Origin: Geobacter metallireducens GS-15
GTDB lineage: Bacteria > Desulfobacterota > Desulfuromonadia > Geobacterales > Geobacteraceae
Length of the DNA: 32,000 nucleotides
Direction of reading: 5' to 3'
NCBI RefSeq assembly: GCF_000012925.1
Contig: NC_007517.1
Location: 120,001-152,000 of the forward strand
Below are positions 1-7,819 of this stretch, piece after piece (positions within the stretch are counted from its first letter, which is position 1; the number at the start of each line of letters is the position of its first letter). A program made the translations under genes and the position numbers. Below the pieces are notes generated by a model. The model was not told the origin of the DNA. It did no database searches and saw nothing but the letters and a program-made list of their open reading frames with translations.

Positions 1-203
1 CCGGTCTGGGCCATCCCCCAGGGGCCGGGGTTCATGCCGACGAAAAGGACTTCCTTGGGAGGGGAGCCGAAGCGGGAGAGATAGGCGACATGGGGCTCCC
101 GGGCGTAGAGGAGGGGATTGTAGACGTGGGCCACCGGCGATGAGAAGGAAAGCCCCGCCAGGTCAGCGGCAAGGGCATCGGAAATAGCCGCGAGACCGGT
201 CAT
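1..203 (-). CDS. SMUG1-type (family 3) uracil-DNA glycosylase, N-terminal part only; the gene runs off the left edge
   Basis: My translation of the minus strand from ATG at 203-201 gives [74 protein letters not shown](F/W)GMAQTG is the signature motif 1 of SMUG1 glycosylases. The start overlaps the upstream stop as ATGA (200-203). Confidence 0.75.
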   Translation of the reverse strand, partial: MTGLAAISDALAADLAGLSFSSPVAHVYNPLLYAREPHVAYLSRFGSPPKEVLFVGMNPGPWGMAQT

Positions 204-1243
204 CGGCCCGCCTCCAGGACCCGCTTGATCCGCTCCTCGGTCACCGGGTGGGTGGAGAAGTAATCGCCCAGGGATTTTTTCTCCTTCTTCCCCTTCTCCT
301 CCTGCTTCTTCCGGTGCTCCGCTTCCAGGCGGCCCAGCATGGCGGCATAGCTCTTCAGGGGGATGCCGCGGCGCTTCAGGTAGGCTACCGCGGCGTCGTC
401 GGCCTCCGTCTCGAAGCTGCGGGAATAGGAGGCGTCGACGAGGACCGTGGGAAGCGTGGCGGCCAGGGAGGTGATGGAGGTGATGTCGCCGGTGATGGCG
501 GCGATAATGAGGCCCGTGGCCGAGTTCTGGAGCACGTGGCGCAGGGCGTGGCGGTGCCGCACGTGCCCCATCTCGTGGGCCAGGACCCCGATCAGCTCGT
601 CATCGCTTTGGGCAATCTCCACGAGGCGGTCGGTGACGACGATGATCCCCGACGGCAGCGCCAGGGCATTGGCCCCCAGCTGGTCGCTCCGGCGGAACTC
701 CAGCCGGTAGCCGGCAGCAAAGGGAAGATCCCGGCCCATGCGGGAAAATTGGGCCGCGATGTCCCGGCGCCGGGCATCGGGGAGCCGGGACGGCGTGAAG
801 ACAAGCTTGTCGAGCATCGCCAGGCTCTCCCGCCCCAGGGAGACCTCGGTGACCGGGGGAACGGCCCGGGCGACCTTGTCAGCCAACGCGGGAATCCCGA
901 AGGCGACAAAGCCCCAGACCACGGCCACCGTCGCCACGAGGGCCACCAGGGCCAGGGGGAGGCTCCGCTCCCACCGGTGGATGGCTGCCGAGGCGCGCCC
1001 TTTCCCCTGGCGCCGCATGAGCTCGTCCACGAAGCGGGTGTCGCTCACCTCGCAGAGGGCCCCGGACGGGAACCGGACCGAGCGTCGCGCCGTGGAAAGG
1101 GGGGAGGAGATGGCGAGGCGGGAGAGCTCCGCAGAGGTCTCAACCCCCTCCCCGGCCACCAGGAGGCGGTTCCCCTCCAGGGTGAGGCGTACGGTCCGCC
1201 GGGCCGAGGTCCGGCCGTCGTAGTAGATGCCTGGGGCCGTCAT
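200..1243 (-). CDS. M48-family zinc metallopeptidase (347 aa) with a soluble N-terminal domain and one TM segment
   Basis: This is the C-terminal 347 aa of ORF 200..2083, starting [16 protein letters not shown]. It has the HEMGH zinc site, a downstream ETEAD glutamate and a hydrophobic segment [23 protein letters not shown]. The ATG at 1243-1241 overlaps the upstream stop (TGATG). The longer N-terminal extension of the ORF overlaps the upstream gene and is rejected. Confidence 0.85.
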   Translation of the reverse strand: MTAPGIYYDGRTSARRTVRLTLEGNRLLVAGEGVETSAELSRLAISSPLSTARRSVRFPSGALCEVSDTRFVDELMRRQGKGRASAAIHRWERSLPLALVALVATVAVVWGFVAFGIPALADKVARAVPPVTEVSLGRESLAMLDKLVFTPSRLPDARRRDIAAQFSRMGRDLPFAAGYRLEFRRSDQLGANALALPSGIIVVTDRLVEIAQSDDELIGVLAHEMGHVRHRHALRHVLQNSATGLIIAAITGDITSITSLAATLPTVLVDASYSRSFETEADDAAVAYLKRRGIPLKSYAAMLGRLEAEHRKKQEEKGKKEKKSLGDYFSTHPVTEERIKRVLEAGR

Positions 1244-2526
1244 CACAGGGCCACGTCGATCCCGAAGATATCGCCGATCTCCTCGCCGGTGGCGCTCACG
1301 TCCCCCTGGAACCCTGCCCGGAACGCCTCCATATCCGCAATCCCCTCGACGGAAAGGGTCTCGAACCGGTACCGGGCCAGCCGCACCGACGCCCACGGGA
1401 TCATGAGTCCGAGGCTCCCCATGATGGCCACGGCGTTGGAGAGATAGAGCCAGGCCATGTCCCGGACCCGCATCCGGCTCACAAAGCTGCTTCCTGCGAT
1501 GCCGGTGCTGTTCCAGGTAAGGTTCGCCAGGGCGGTCTGCACGTAGACCACGATGAAGAAGTAGAGAAACGGCAGGGTGAAGATCATGAGGGCACCCACC
1601 ATCATCTGGGTCCGGTGCAGGTCGCCGCCGGCCAGGAGCGCCCCCCCTTCGGCCAGGGTGGAGATCACGTAGAAGGCCGCCGGCATCACCACCACCAGCA
1701 GGAGCACGAGCCACCCAGCCGCCTTCAGGAAGAGGACGTAGTAATCCTTTCCCGTGGCCGTGAAAGTGAAGGGGGTACGACCGAACGAGCTCCGCTCCAC
1801 GAGAAACTTCTTCTGGCGATAGATGAGGTAGGGGAAGATGAGCCCCAGCGTGAACGGCACCAGGAAGGCGAGGCCGGCAAATATTACGTAGGCCTCCTGG
1901 TAGTCGTCCCGGAAGGCAAAACGGAGGCTGCGGTAGCTGGAGTTGCGGTTGTTGAAAAGTCGCGAACGGACCACGAGCCACGGCACCGTCAGGAAGAAAA
2001 TAGAACCGAGGATCTTGGAGATGCCCGGCGTATACCGGGTTCCGGCCGTGTAGACGAGAAACGCCAGCACCCCGATGAGCCACCCGCGAAAGAGGGCCTT
2101 GGGGTCGGCCAGGTAGTCGAAGGGGCTTCCATCCAGAAGCGTATTGCCATAGAAGTAGCGGCGCTTGCGGACCTTGGCCCAGGCCGAGTAGACCCCGAGG
2201 GTCACGATCTTCAGAAGCGTGTTGACGATCCAGATGCCGAAATATTCCTTGGCCGTGCCGGTGAAGGTGAAGCGGAGGGTCCGGGGCTGCGCCGGCCGCC
2301 GTGGTTCGGATGGAGCCGACAATGGCGGGACCACTGCCGCCGATTCGCGCGCGGCTGTCACGGCAGCGGGAGGAGTGCCCCGGTCAGCCGTCCGGGTAAA
2401 GATGAAGGTCTCCTTGCAACGGGGACATTTCACCCGCGCCCCGTTGGGTACGGTCCCGGCGGGCATCTCCTTCGCGAAGCCACAGTGAGGGCAGCTTACG
2501 GTTTCCATGGGAGCCCCCACCGTCAT
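1243..2526 (-). CDS. Zinc-ribbon plus DUF898/YjgN-like polytopic membrane protein (427 aa)
   Basis: The N-terminus carries CPHCGF...x17...CPRCKETF (a CxxC/CxxC zinc ribbon). A Pro/Ala linker follows, then about 8 hydrophobic segments with the FxFTGxxxEYFxIW and RYxxxxT-type repeats I associate with DUF898 (family assignment from memory). The start ATG overlaps the upstream stop as ATGA (2523-2526). M7 (METVSCPHC) is an alternative start. Confidence 0.75.
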   Translation of the reverse strand: MTVGAPMETVSCPHCGFAKEMPAGTVPNGARVKCPRCKETFIFTRTADRGTPPAAVTAARESAAVVPPLSAPSEPRRPAQPRTLRFTFTGTAKEYFGIWIVNTLLKIVTLGVYSAWAKVRKRRYFYGNTLLDGSPFDYLADPKALFRGWLIGVLAFLVYTAGTRYTPGISKILGSIFFLTVPWLVVRSRLFNNRNSSYRSLRFAFRDDYQEAYVIFAGLAFLVPFTLGLIFPYLIYRQKKFLVERSSFGRTPFTFTATGKDYYVLFLKAAGWLVLLLVVVMPAAFYVISTLAEGGALLAGGDLHRTQMMVGALMIFTLPFLYFFIVVYVQTALANLTWNSTGIAGSSFVSRMRVRDMAWLYLSNAVAIMGSLGLMIPWASVRLARYRFETLSVEGIADMEAFRAGFQGDVSATGEEIGDIFGIDVAL

Positions 2527-2720
2527 TCCACCACGAGCGTTTCACCGCCCGCCTCGACCCGGTCGCCGACCCGGAGCTTCCTGCCGCGCCGCGTCTCCAC
2601 CTCGCCGTTCACCCGCACTTCCCCATCGGCGATGATGATTTTCGCCTCGCCGCCGGAGGCAACGATATTCTCGGCCTTCAGAAAACTATCAAGCTTTATG
2701 TATTCGGTTTCGATCTTCAT
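2523..2720 (-). CDS. Small S4-domain RNA-binding protein (YbcJ-like, 65 aa)
   Basis: MKIETEYIKLDSFLKAENIVASGGEAKIIIADGEVRVNGEVETRRGRKLRVGDRVEAGGETLVVE. The pattern (KLDxFLK ... GGxAK ... G.V.VNGE ... RRGRKL..GD) is typical of the ~70-aa S4 proteins. I chose the internal ATG at 2720 over the ORF start at 2753, which adds 11 atypical residues. Confidence 0.7.
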   Translation of the reverse strand: MKIETEYIKLDSFLKAENIVASGGEAKIIIADGEVRVNGEVETRRGRKLRVGDRVEAGGETLVVE

Positions 2721-2758
2721 CGTGTTATGGCACTCCCAACGGTATTCGTCCAAGTTGG

Positions 2759-2787
2759 TTGTCTTTGTAGCACTTTTTTGTTATGAA
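2759..2787 (+). promoter_or_regulatory. Candidate sigma70 promoter for the EF-P paralog (TTGTCT-N17-TATGAA)
   Basis: -35 ttgtct at 2759-2764, 17-nt spacer, -10 tatgaa at 2782-2787, about 34 nt upstream of the ATG at 2821. Sequence pattern only. Confidence 0.35.
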
Positions 2788-2820
2788 GAGGAGATTTTTC
2801 ACGCCCAAAGGAGATTTGCC

Positions 2821-3384
2821 ATGCTCACCACATCCGACTTCAAGCGGGGCCTCGTCATCAAGCTCGACGGTGCCCCCTGCGTAATCCTCGACGTCCACTT
2901 CCAGTCCCCCTCAGCCCGGGGCGCCAGCACCATGGTCAAGACCAAGTACCGCAACCTCCTCACCGCCCAGGTGCTGGAGAAGACCTTCCGTTCCGGCGAC
3001 AAGGTGGAGGAGGCCGACTTCGAGCGCCACAAGGGGCAGTTCCTCTACGCCGACGGCGACCGAGGGGTATTCATGGATCTCGAAACCTACGAGCAGTTCG
3101 AAATGGACGCTGACTCCTTCAGCGCCATCCAGCCCTACCTCCTGGACGGCACTGAGGTAACCCTCGGCCTGTTCCAGGAGCGCCTCGTGAGCGTAGATCC
3201 GCCCCAAGTGGTAGAACTCACCGTCACCGACACCCCCCCGATCATGAAGAACGCCACCGCCACCGCCCAGACCAAGGAGGCCACCCTCGAAACCGGCCTG
3301 ACCCTCCAGGTCCCCCCCTACCTGGAGGTGGGAGAGAAGATCAAGGTCGACACCCGGGACTGCCGGTTCGTATCCCGAGCCTGA
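2821..3384 (+). CDS. efpL: Elongation factor P paralog of the EfpL/YeiP type (187 aa)
   Basis: This is the last 187 aa of ORF 1615..3384 (MLTTSDFKRGLVIKLDGAPCVILDVHFQSPSARGASTMVKTKYRNL...). AAAGGAG lies about 7 nt upstream of the ATG. The tip loop reads QSPSARGAST, matching E. coli YeiP (QSPTARGAAT) rather than the KPGKG loop of canonical EF-P. Confidence 0.85.
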   Translation: MLTTSDFKRGLVIKLDGAPCVILDVHFQSPSARGASTMVKTKYRNLLTAQVLEKTFRSGDKVEEADFERHKGQFLYADGDRGVFMDLETYEQFEMDADSFSAIQPYLLDGTEVTLGLFQERLVSVDPPQVVELTVTDTPPIMKNATATAQTKEATLETGLTLQVPPYLEVGEKIKVDTRDCRFVSRA

Positions 3385-3442
3385 TTCGCAGAGCAGCGGA
3401 GTGAAAATTCCCGAGCCGGCACCGGGAAAATCGAAAAAGGTA

Positions 3443-3471
3443 TTGACACAATCCCGGCCAGAGGTTATAAG
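3443..3471 (+). promoter_or_regulatory. Near-consensus sigma70 promoter for tRNA-Phe (TTGACA-N17-TATAAG)
   Basis: ttgaca at 3443-3448, 17-nt spacer, tataag at 3466-3471. The tRNA 5' end lies 15 nt downstream at 3486. Confidence 0.7.
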
Positions 3472-3485
3472 TTAAAGCTCTTTTC

Positions 3486-3561
<76 letters not shown>

Positions 3562-3570
3562 GAAAAATCA

Positions 3571-3603
3571 AGGCTTCGCGATTTTCTCGCGAGGCCTTTT
3601 TTT
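3571..3603 (+). terminator. Rho-independent terminator after tRNA-Phe
   Basis: An 11-bp stem aggcttcgcga/tcgcgaggcct (one G-U pair) with loop ttttc, followed by T7 (3597-3603). Confidence 0.8.
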
Positions 3604-3641
3604 GTCCCTGGAATTTCCCTCTCCCCAGGCAAACAACAAAA

Positions 3642-3675
3642 AGAAGGGGTGGCCAAAAGCCACCCCTTCTTTTTT
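3642..3675. terminator. Bidirectional hairpin terminator between tRNA-Phe and the convergent cytochrome gene
   Basis: A perfect 12-bp stem agaaggggtggc/gccaccccttct with loop caaaa. It is followed by T5 on the plus strand. On the minus strand it is followed by TTTTTGTTGTTTG. It lies 29 nt downstream of the minus-strand stop at 3704. Confidence 0.8.
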
Positions 3676-3703
3676 CACTGCATGTCAATTACTGACTTCT
3701 CTC

Positions 3704-5560
3704 TTAGTGCGACCCTCCGGAGAGGAAGGCGAAGAGCATCAGCACCGTCAGCGATATACCGATGATAACCGCGCAGAAGCCAAAGGCTTTGACGATGAAG
3801 TCGTAGGCAACGCCGCTCGTTTTCTTGGCAGCGAACTGTTCGGTGATCCCCAGTTCCTCGTAGCGCTTCCACTGATCGCCCCGCTCTTCAAGGAATTCAT
3901 GCTTCGGTATCTGGCCGTTGAAGATGACGAAGTCCATGGGGAACTTCTCGGGACGGCCGTGGGTGTTGAAGAAGTGGACCGTGAAGATGAAGCCCGTGGC
4001 AAGGAGCGCCTCATCGGAGTGAACGATGGTGGCGACGTTGAACATCCAGCCCGGGAGGAAGCTGCCGAAGAACTCGGGGAACCAGAGCATCAGGCCCGAG
4101 CCGCCGATGGCGAACATACCCCAGAAGACCGCGATGAAGTCGAATTTCTCCCAGTAGGTCCACCGCTCGAAAGTCGGTTTGGGCCCGCGGAAGAGGAACC
4201 ATCTAACCATGCCGGCCACGTCCTTGATGTCACGGAAGTTGGGCATGAGGGAGTCGGGGCCGAACATGCGCTGGAGCCAGTTGCCCTTGAGATCCTTACG
4301 CACGAAGAGGAAGTGGAGGGACAGGAGTATCGCGCTGAAAAAATAGACAAAGGTGATGCAGGCGCCAAGACGGTGAATACGACCGGCATTGGCTGAGTGG
4401 CCGAATATGTGATCCATCATGAACTTCGCCCACTGCTGGTCGCTGAATTTAAGGGGAAGCCCCGAAAGCGACAGGAGGAGGAAGCTGATGATCACCAGGA
4501 GGTGGAGGAAGATGTGACGCTTCTTGAAGCGGCGATACACCTTGTGGCCGTCGGGGACGTGATGCTCCTCGTGGCCCTGGATGAGGGCCTGCTGCTTTTC
4601 GCGGTTCTCCACGAAGCCCCGGAACATCCACAGAAGGGTGTGAACCCAGAACACGGCGAAGGTACTGACGAGGAGGCCAGTCATTGCCACGAAGGTGTAG
4701 AAGAGGATCGGGTATTTCACACGGTCGTGGGAACCGTGGGCGTAGAACTTGGTGAAGAGGGGGGTCGCCTTCGGATGGCACTTGGCGCACGTGGCGACGA
4801 GATTCTGGGGGTTGACGCTGGAGTTGGGATCCTTGGCAGGGAGAACGCCGTGGGCGGTGTGGCAGTCGGCGCAACCGGCAACCTTCTCAGGGAAGCCGAG
4901 GCGGTAGTTCTTGCCATGGTAGCTTTCCATGTAGGTTTCGACGGCAACGGTGACGACGTTGTTACGCTCCATCATCTTCTCGTCGGCATGGCACTTCATG
5001 CAGACCTTGGTATGGAACTCCCGGTTTTCCTTGGACTTCGGATCACCAAGGGGCTTGATTGCATGGAGGTTGTGGCAGTCGTTACAAGCCGCCGAGTCCA
5101 TGTTGCCGCCAGCCACGGACTTTCCGTGGATGGAGTTGCGGTAGCCCGCCTCCTTGTCGTGGCACTGGATACATTTGGCCACAACTTTCCGTTTATCCTT
5201 GTTCCAGTAGGTATGGGTATGGATATCGGTGTGGCAGTCGGCGCACATCACGTCCTTCTGGGCATGGACGCTGGCGTAGTGCTCGGAGTTCTCCTTCTTG
5301 TGGCAGCGCTCGCACCGAACCTTGTGGACCTTTGTTTCGCCTTTCATGTGCTTGGCGAGATCAGTAATCTCCACGTGGCAGCTTGTACAGGCGTTTTTGC
5401 CGTGGACCGACGCGGCAAATGCCGAGGCGGAAACCTTGTTGCTGTGACAGCCGAGACAGGTGGCCGGGTCAATTGCCATGCCACTTTCGGCAGCCGCTGG
5501 CCGGGCAACGGCCATGAGCAGCAGAAGTGCGGGGACCAGCCGAAAAACCTTCGACAACAT
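3704..5560 (-). CDS. cbcL: Inner-membrane fusion cytochrome (618 aa): periplasmic nine-heme c-type domain plus C-terminal b-type (HydC/FdnI-like) membrane domain; CbcL-like
   Basis: Starts at MLSKVFRLVPALLLLMAVARPAAAES (signal peptide), with GGAGGAG upstream of the ATG at 5560. Nine CxxCH motifs: CLGCH, CTSCH, CERCH, CADCH, CIQCH, CNDCH, CMKCH, CADCH, CAKCH. The C-terminal half has several hydrophobic helices carrying conserved His. This 9-heme plus diheme-b architecture is the one described for Geobacter sulfurreducens CbcL (name assigned from memory of that architecture). Confidence 0.8.
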   Translation of the reverse strand: MLSKVFRLVPALLLLMAVARPAAAESGMAIDPATCLGCHSNKVSASAFAASVHGKNACTSCHVEITDLAKHMKGETKVHKVRCERCHKKENSEHYASVHAQKDVMCADCHTDIHTHTYWNKDKRKVVAKCIQCHDKEAGYRNSIHGKSVAGGNMDSAACNDCHNLHAIKPLGDPKSKENREFHTKVCMKCHADEKMMERNNVVTVAVETYMESYHGKNYRLGFPEKVAGCADCHTAHGVLPAKDPNSSVNPQNLVATCAKCHPKATPLFTKFYAHGSHDRVKYPILFYTFVAMTGLLVSTFAVFWVHTLLWMFRGFVENREKQQALIQGHEEHHVPDGHKVYRRFKKRHIFLHLLVIISFLLLSLSGLPLKFSDQQWAKFMMDHIFGHSANAGRIHRLGACITFVYFFSAILLSLHFLFVRKDLKGNWLQRMFGPDSLMPNFRDIKDVAGMVRWFLFRGPKPTFERWTYWEKFDFIAVFWGMFAIGGSGLMLWFPEFFGSFLPGWMFNVATIVHSDEALLATGFIFTVHFFNTHGRPEKFPMDFVIFNGQIPKHEFLEERGDQWKRYEELGITEQFAAKKTSGVAYDFIVKAFGFCAVIIGISLTVLMLFAFLSGGSH

Positions 5561-5600
5561 GCATGCTCCTCCTTGTGAGGTATTTTTTCTTGCTTCCCGA

Positions 5601-5628
5601 TAAATATCGATAAAACAAGGTATTGCAA
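5601..5628 (-). promoter_or_regulatory. Candidate sigma70 promoter for the CbcL-like gene (TTGCAA-N16-TATTTA), overlapped by short repeats
   Basis: On the minus strand, TTGCAA (5628-5623), 16-nt spacer, TATTTA (5606-5601). An inverted repeat cgata-aa-tatcg (5598-5609) and a direct repeat cgataaa (5598-5604 and 5608-5614) overlap the -10 element. Pattern only. Confidence 0.35.
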
Positions 5629-5887
5629 AAGAAATCAAAGAATGTCTCGACTCACCAGATTAACTTGTTCGACAATGCCAACCAAAACCATTTCAATGGA
5701 TTAGCAAGATGCCGAACAATCGGAAAATAAAACGATATTCTAAATATTAAAAGTCATTCAATGAATAAGTATCAATCTCGGGGATAGTAATACCCAAGGG
5801 GGGAAAATGCAACAAAATAGTATACTTTTTTTATACATAGAGGCAATCGCAGCGGCTTAAACACGACATAACATTATCCCTGCTGCG

Positions 5888-7762
5888 TCAGGGGCAGTTC
5901 CGTACCGTGACAATCCCCTCCGCGGCGGCAAATTTGAGGAATTCCGCTGCCCCCTCTCCGGAAAGGGCGAGTCGCGCAACGACATCACCGGCCCGGCAGC
6001 AGCCGTCGAGCCCCTCGAGAAGAAGGAAATAGGACTCCAGGAGAGATTCGGTAAATATGTCGTTGCCGCGGGGATAAATGACGGCCCATGACGGACTGGG
6101 CGAGAAACATGCACAGATTTCCCGAAGGTCTGCGTTGCCCGCTTCCAGCAGATCGGTGATTTCATAGGAGAAGCGGGCAAGCCTCGTGGATGGAGCAAGA
6201 CACACTACCTGATCGAGAATATTCAAGCCGGCGAGGCTGCGGTCGGTGGGAAGCTCCGGCGGCGGCGCCAGAAGCGCCGCCGCGTAATGATAGTGATAAT
6301 CGACCAGGTCGAGAGCCACGGGGAGAAGACGACGCACCCGCCGGTCGGCAAAGATGTGGGCAAGAAACGAGCGCTGCAGCGACCAGATCGCCTCGTCGCC
6401 CAAGGCCTCCTCCCGGGCTTCAATCCCTTGGCGTGCGAGCCATCCGCCGAAGGCGTCGAGAAACTCTGCCGGCGTCAGGGAAAGGGGGGCAATGACGCCG
6501 TTGAACCAGGCGACCGCTTTTCCCCGGCTATAGAAGATGTCGCAGGCTCCGGCAAGGCGGGCGGCACGTTTCATGTCCGGGGCCGGAAACGTCGGGGTGG
6601 CGGTAAGCGCGTAGGGGGGCGCCGGAAGGTGGTCGAGCCCTGCCTGAGCCGCGCGGGCGGCAAGGGGGGTGCCGGGGAGAACGGCAAGGGGGAAGATGTC
6701 CAGATGGTTCGGGTAGAGGGCGAGGGCGAAGTCGAGGGATTGCCTGAAGCCTGCGAGGGAGTCGCCGGGGAGTCCGTAGATGAGATCAAAGCCGAAGACG
6801 GCCCCGCTTTCGTTGAGAAGCGCGACTCGTTTTCGAAAGTCGTCCGGATCGAAATGCCGCCGTATCCCCTTGAGGATGGCCGGGTCGGCACTCTGGAGGC
6901 CGATCTGGAGAGAGCAGGTAATGCCGGCAAAAAGCCGGGCCATCTCCCGGTCCAGAAACTCGCTCCGCACCTCGAAGTGGAAGTGGATATGGGGGGCGCG
7001 CTTGCGGATCATCCGCAGGATCGTCTTGGCCCGCTTCGCATCGACGTTGAAGGTGGAGTCGAGGACAAACACCTGGGGGACGTTGTGGCGGACGAGAAAA
7101 TCGAGCTCCGCGTCGACCCGCTCCAGAGAGAACCGCCGCACCCCCTTGGTCCCCTTGTAGTCGAAGCAGTACTCGCAGGCGAAGTCGCACCCGCGGGAGA
7201 GTTGCCAGAGAAGCCCCCCGTAGCGCCCGGGCTCGATGATTCCCGACAAAAAGGGGGACGGAATGGTGTCAAGGAGCGCCACCGGCTTCTGGGGCCGGCT
7301 TGCCAGTTTTCCATCGTCAAGCCAGGCCGTCCCCGGCGCGCCACGGAAAGGACGCCCGTCGGCAAGCCGGGCCGTCACCTCGAGAAACGGCACCTCCCCC
7401 TCGCCGAGGATGAGAAAATCGTACCCCCCCCCGGTGAGCGTTCCGAGGGGGTCTGCGGTTGCCTGGGGGCCGCCGGCGAAGATGGTGATGCCGGGACGGT
7501 TCCGCCGAAGCTCCGCCGCAATCCGCCCCGACTCCTCGGTGTTCCAGAGATAGAGGGAAAAGCCGACCGCATCGGGCTCGTGGGCAAGAATCTCGGCAGC
7601 ACAGACGTCGGCTGGCGTTGAACGCAAAAAATCGCAGAGCGTGACAGCAACGCGGGCGGCAAGCTCCTCGTCGGTGCCGAGGTATGCCTTCAGGAACGCG
7701 TTGGCGAGAGGGACGGCCTGGGGAGAGGGAACTGGGTGGATGGCGGCAAGGACGACCTTCAC
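5888..7762 (-). CDS. B12-binding-domain radical SAM protein with a long C-terminal extension (624 aa)
   Basis: GTG start at 7762 preceded by GGAGGAG. The N-terminal ~150 aa are Rossmann-like (cobalamin-binding-type) and are followed by SRGCDFACEYC (CxxxCxxC radical SAM cluster motif). About 250 aa of C-terminal extension follow, which I recall as DUF4080-like (from memory). Confidence 0.85.
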   Translation of the reverse strand: MKVVLAAIHPVPSPQAVPLANAFLKAYLGTDEELAARVAVTLCDFLRSTPADVCAAEILAHEPDAVGFSLYLWNTEESGRIAAELRRNRPGITIFAGGPQATADPLGTLTGGGYDFLILGEGEVPFLEVTARLADGRPFRGAPGTAWLDDGKLASRPQKPVALLDTIPSPFLSGIIEPGRYGGLLWQLSRGCDFACEYCFDYKGTKGVRRFSLERVDAELDFLVRHNVPQVFVLDSTFNVDAKRAKTILRMIRKRAPHIHFHFEVRSEFLDREMARLFAGITCSLQIGLQSADPAILKGIRRHFDPDDFRKRVALLNESGAVFGFDLIYGLPGDSLAGFRQSLDFALALYPNHLDIFPLAVLPGTPLAARAAQAGLDHLPAPPYALTATPTFPAPDMKRAARLAGACDIFYSRGKAVAWFNGVIAPLSLTPAEFLDAFGGWLARQGIEAREEALGDEAIWSLQRSFLAHIFADRRVRRLLPVALDLVDYHYHYAAALLAPPPELPTDRSLAGLNILDQVVCLAPSTRLARFSYEITDLLEAGNADLREICACFSPSPSWAVIYPRGNDIFTESLLESYFLLLEGLDGCCRAGDVVARLALSGEGAAEFLKFAAAEGIVTVRNCP

Positions 7763-7819
7763 GGACTCCTCCGGGGGTAAAATGAGACCACTCCGCCAGG
7801 AATGGCATGACGGTGATGG

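Noticed and set aside
1244-2083. N-terminal 280-aa extension of ORF 200..2083. Similar extensions occur on ORF 13443..15044 (143 codons) and ORF 24081..24884 (191 codons).
   Set aside because: The extensions lie inside the upstream genes (DUF898, AAA ATPase, hypF) in another frame and are Arg/Pro/Gly-rich. The shorter starts give canonical protein N-termini and classic stop/start overlaps.
1615-2820. N-terminal about 400 codons of the 589-aa plus-strand ORF 1615..3384
   Set aside because: Only the last 187 codons (from ATG 2821, with an SD) give an EF-P-family sequence. The upstream part is antisense to the DUF898 and S4 genes and is low complexity.
3400-3430. Hairpin ttcccg-N9-cgggaa after the EF-P paralog as a terminator
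   Set aside because: The stem is short (6 bp) and is followed by an A-rich rather than T-rich tract on the plus strand, so it is not convincing as an intrinsic terminator.
5561-5887. Possible GEMM-I (c-di-GMP/cGAMP) riboswitch or small ORFs in the AT-rich leader of the cytochrome gene
   Set aside because: I looked for the GC-rich two-hairpin GEMM layout with its GNRA tetraloop and conserved ACGCAAAGC-type core and did not find it. The region is too AT-rich. The 20-codon plus-strand and 26-codon minus-strand ORFs have no Shine-Dalgarno sequence.
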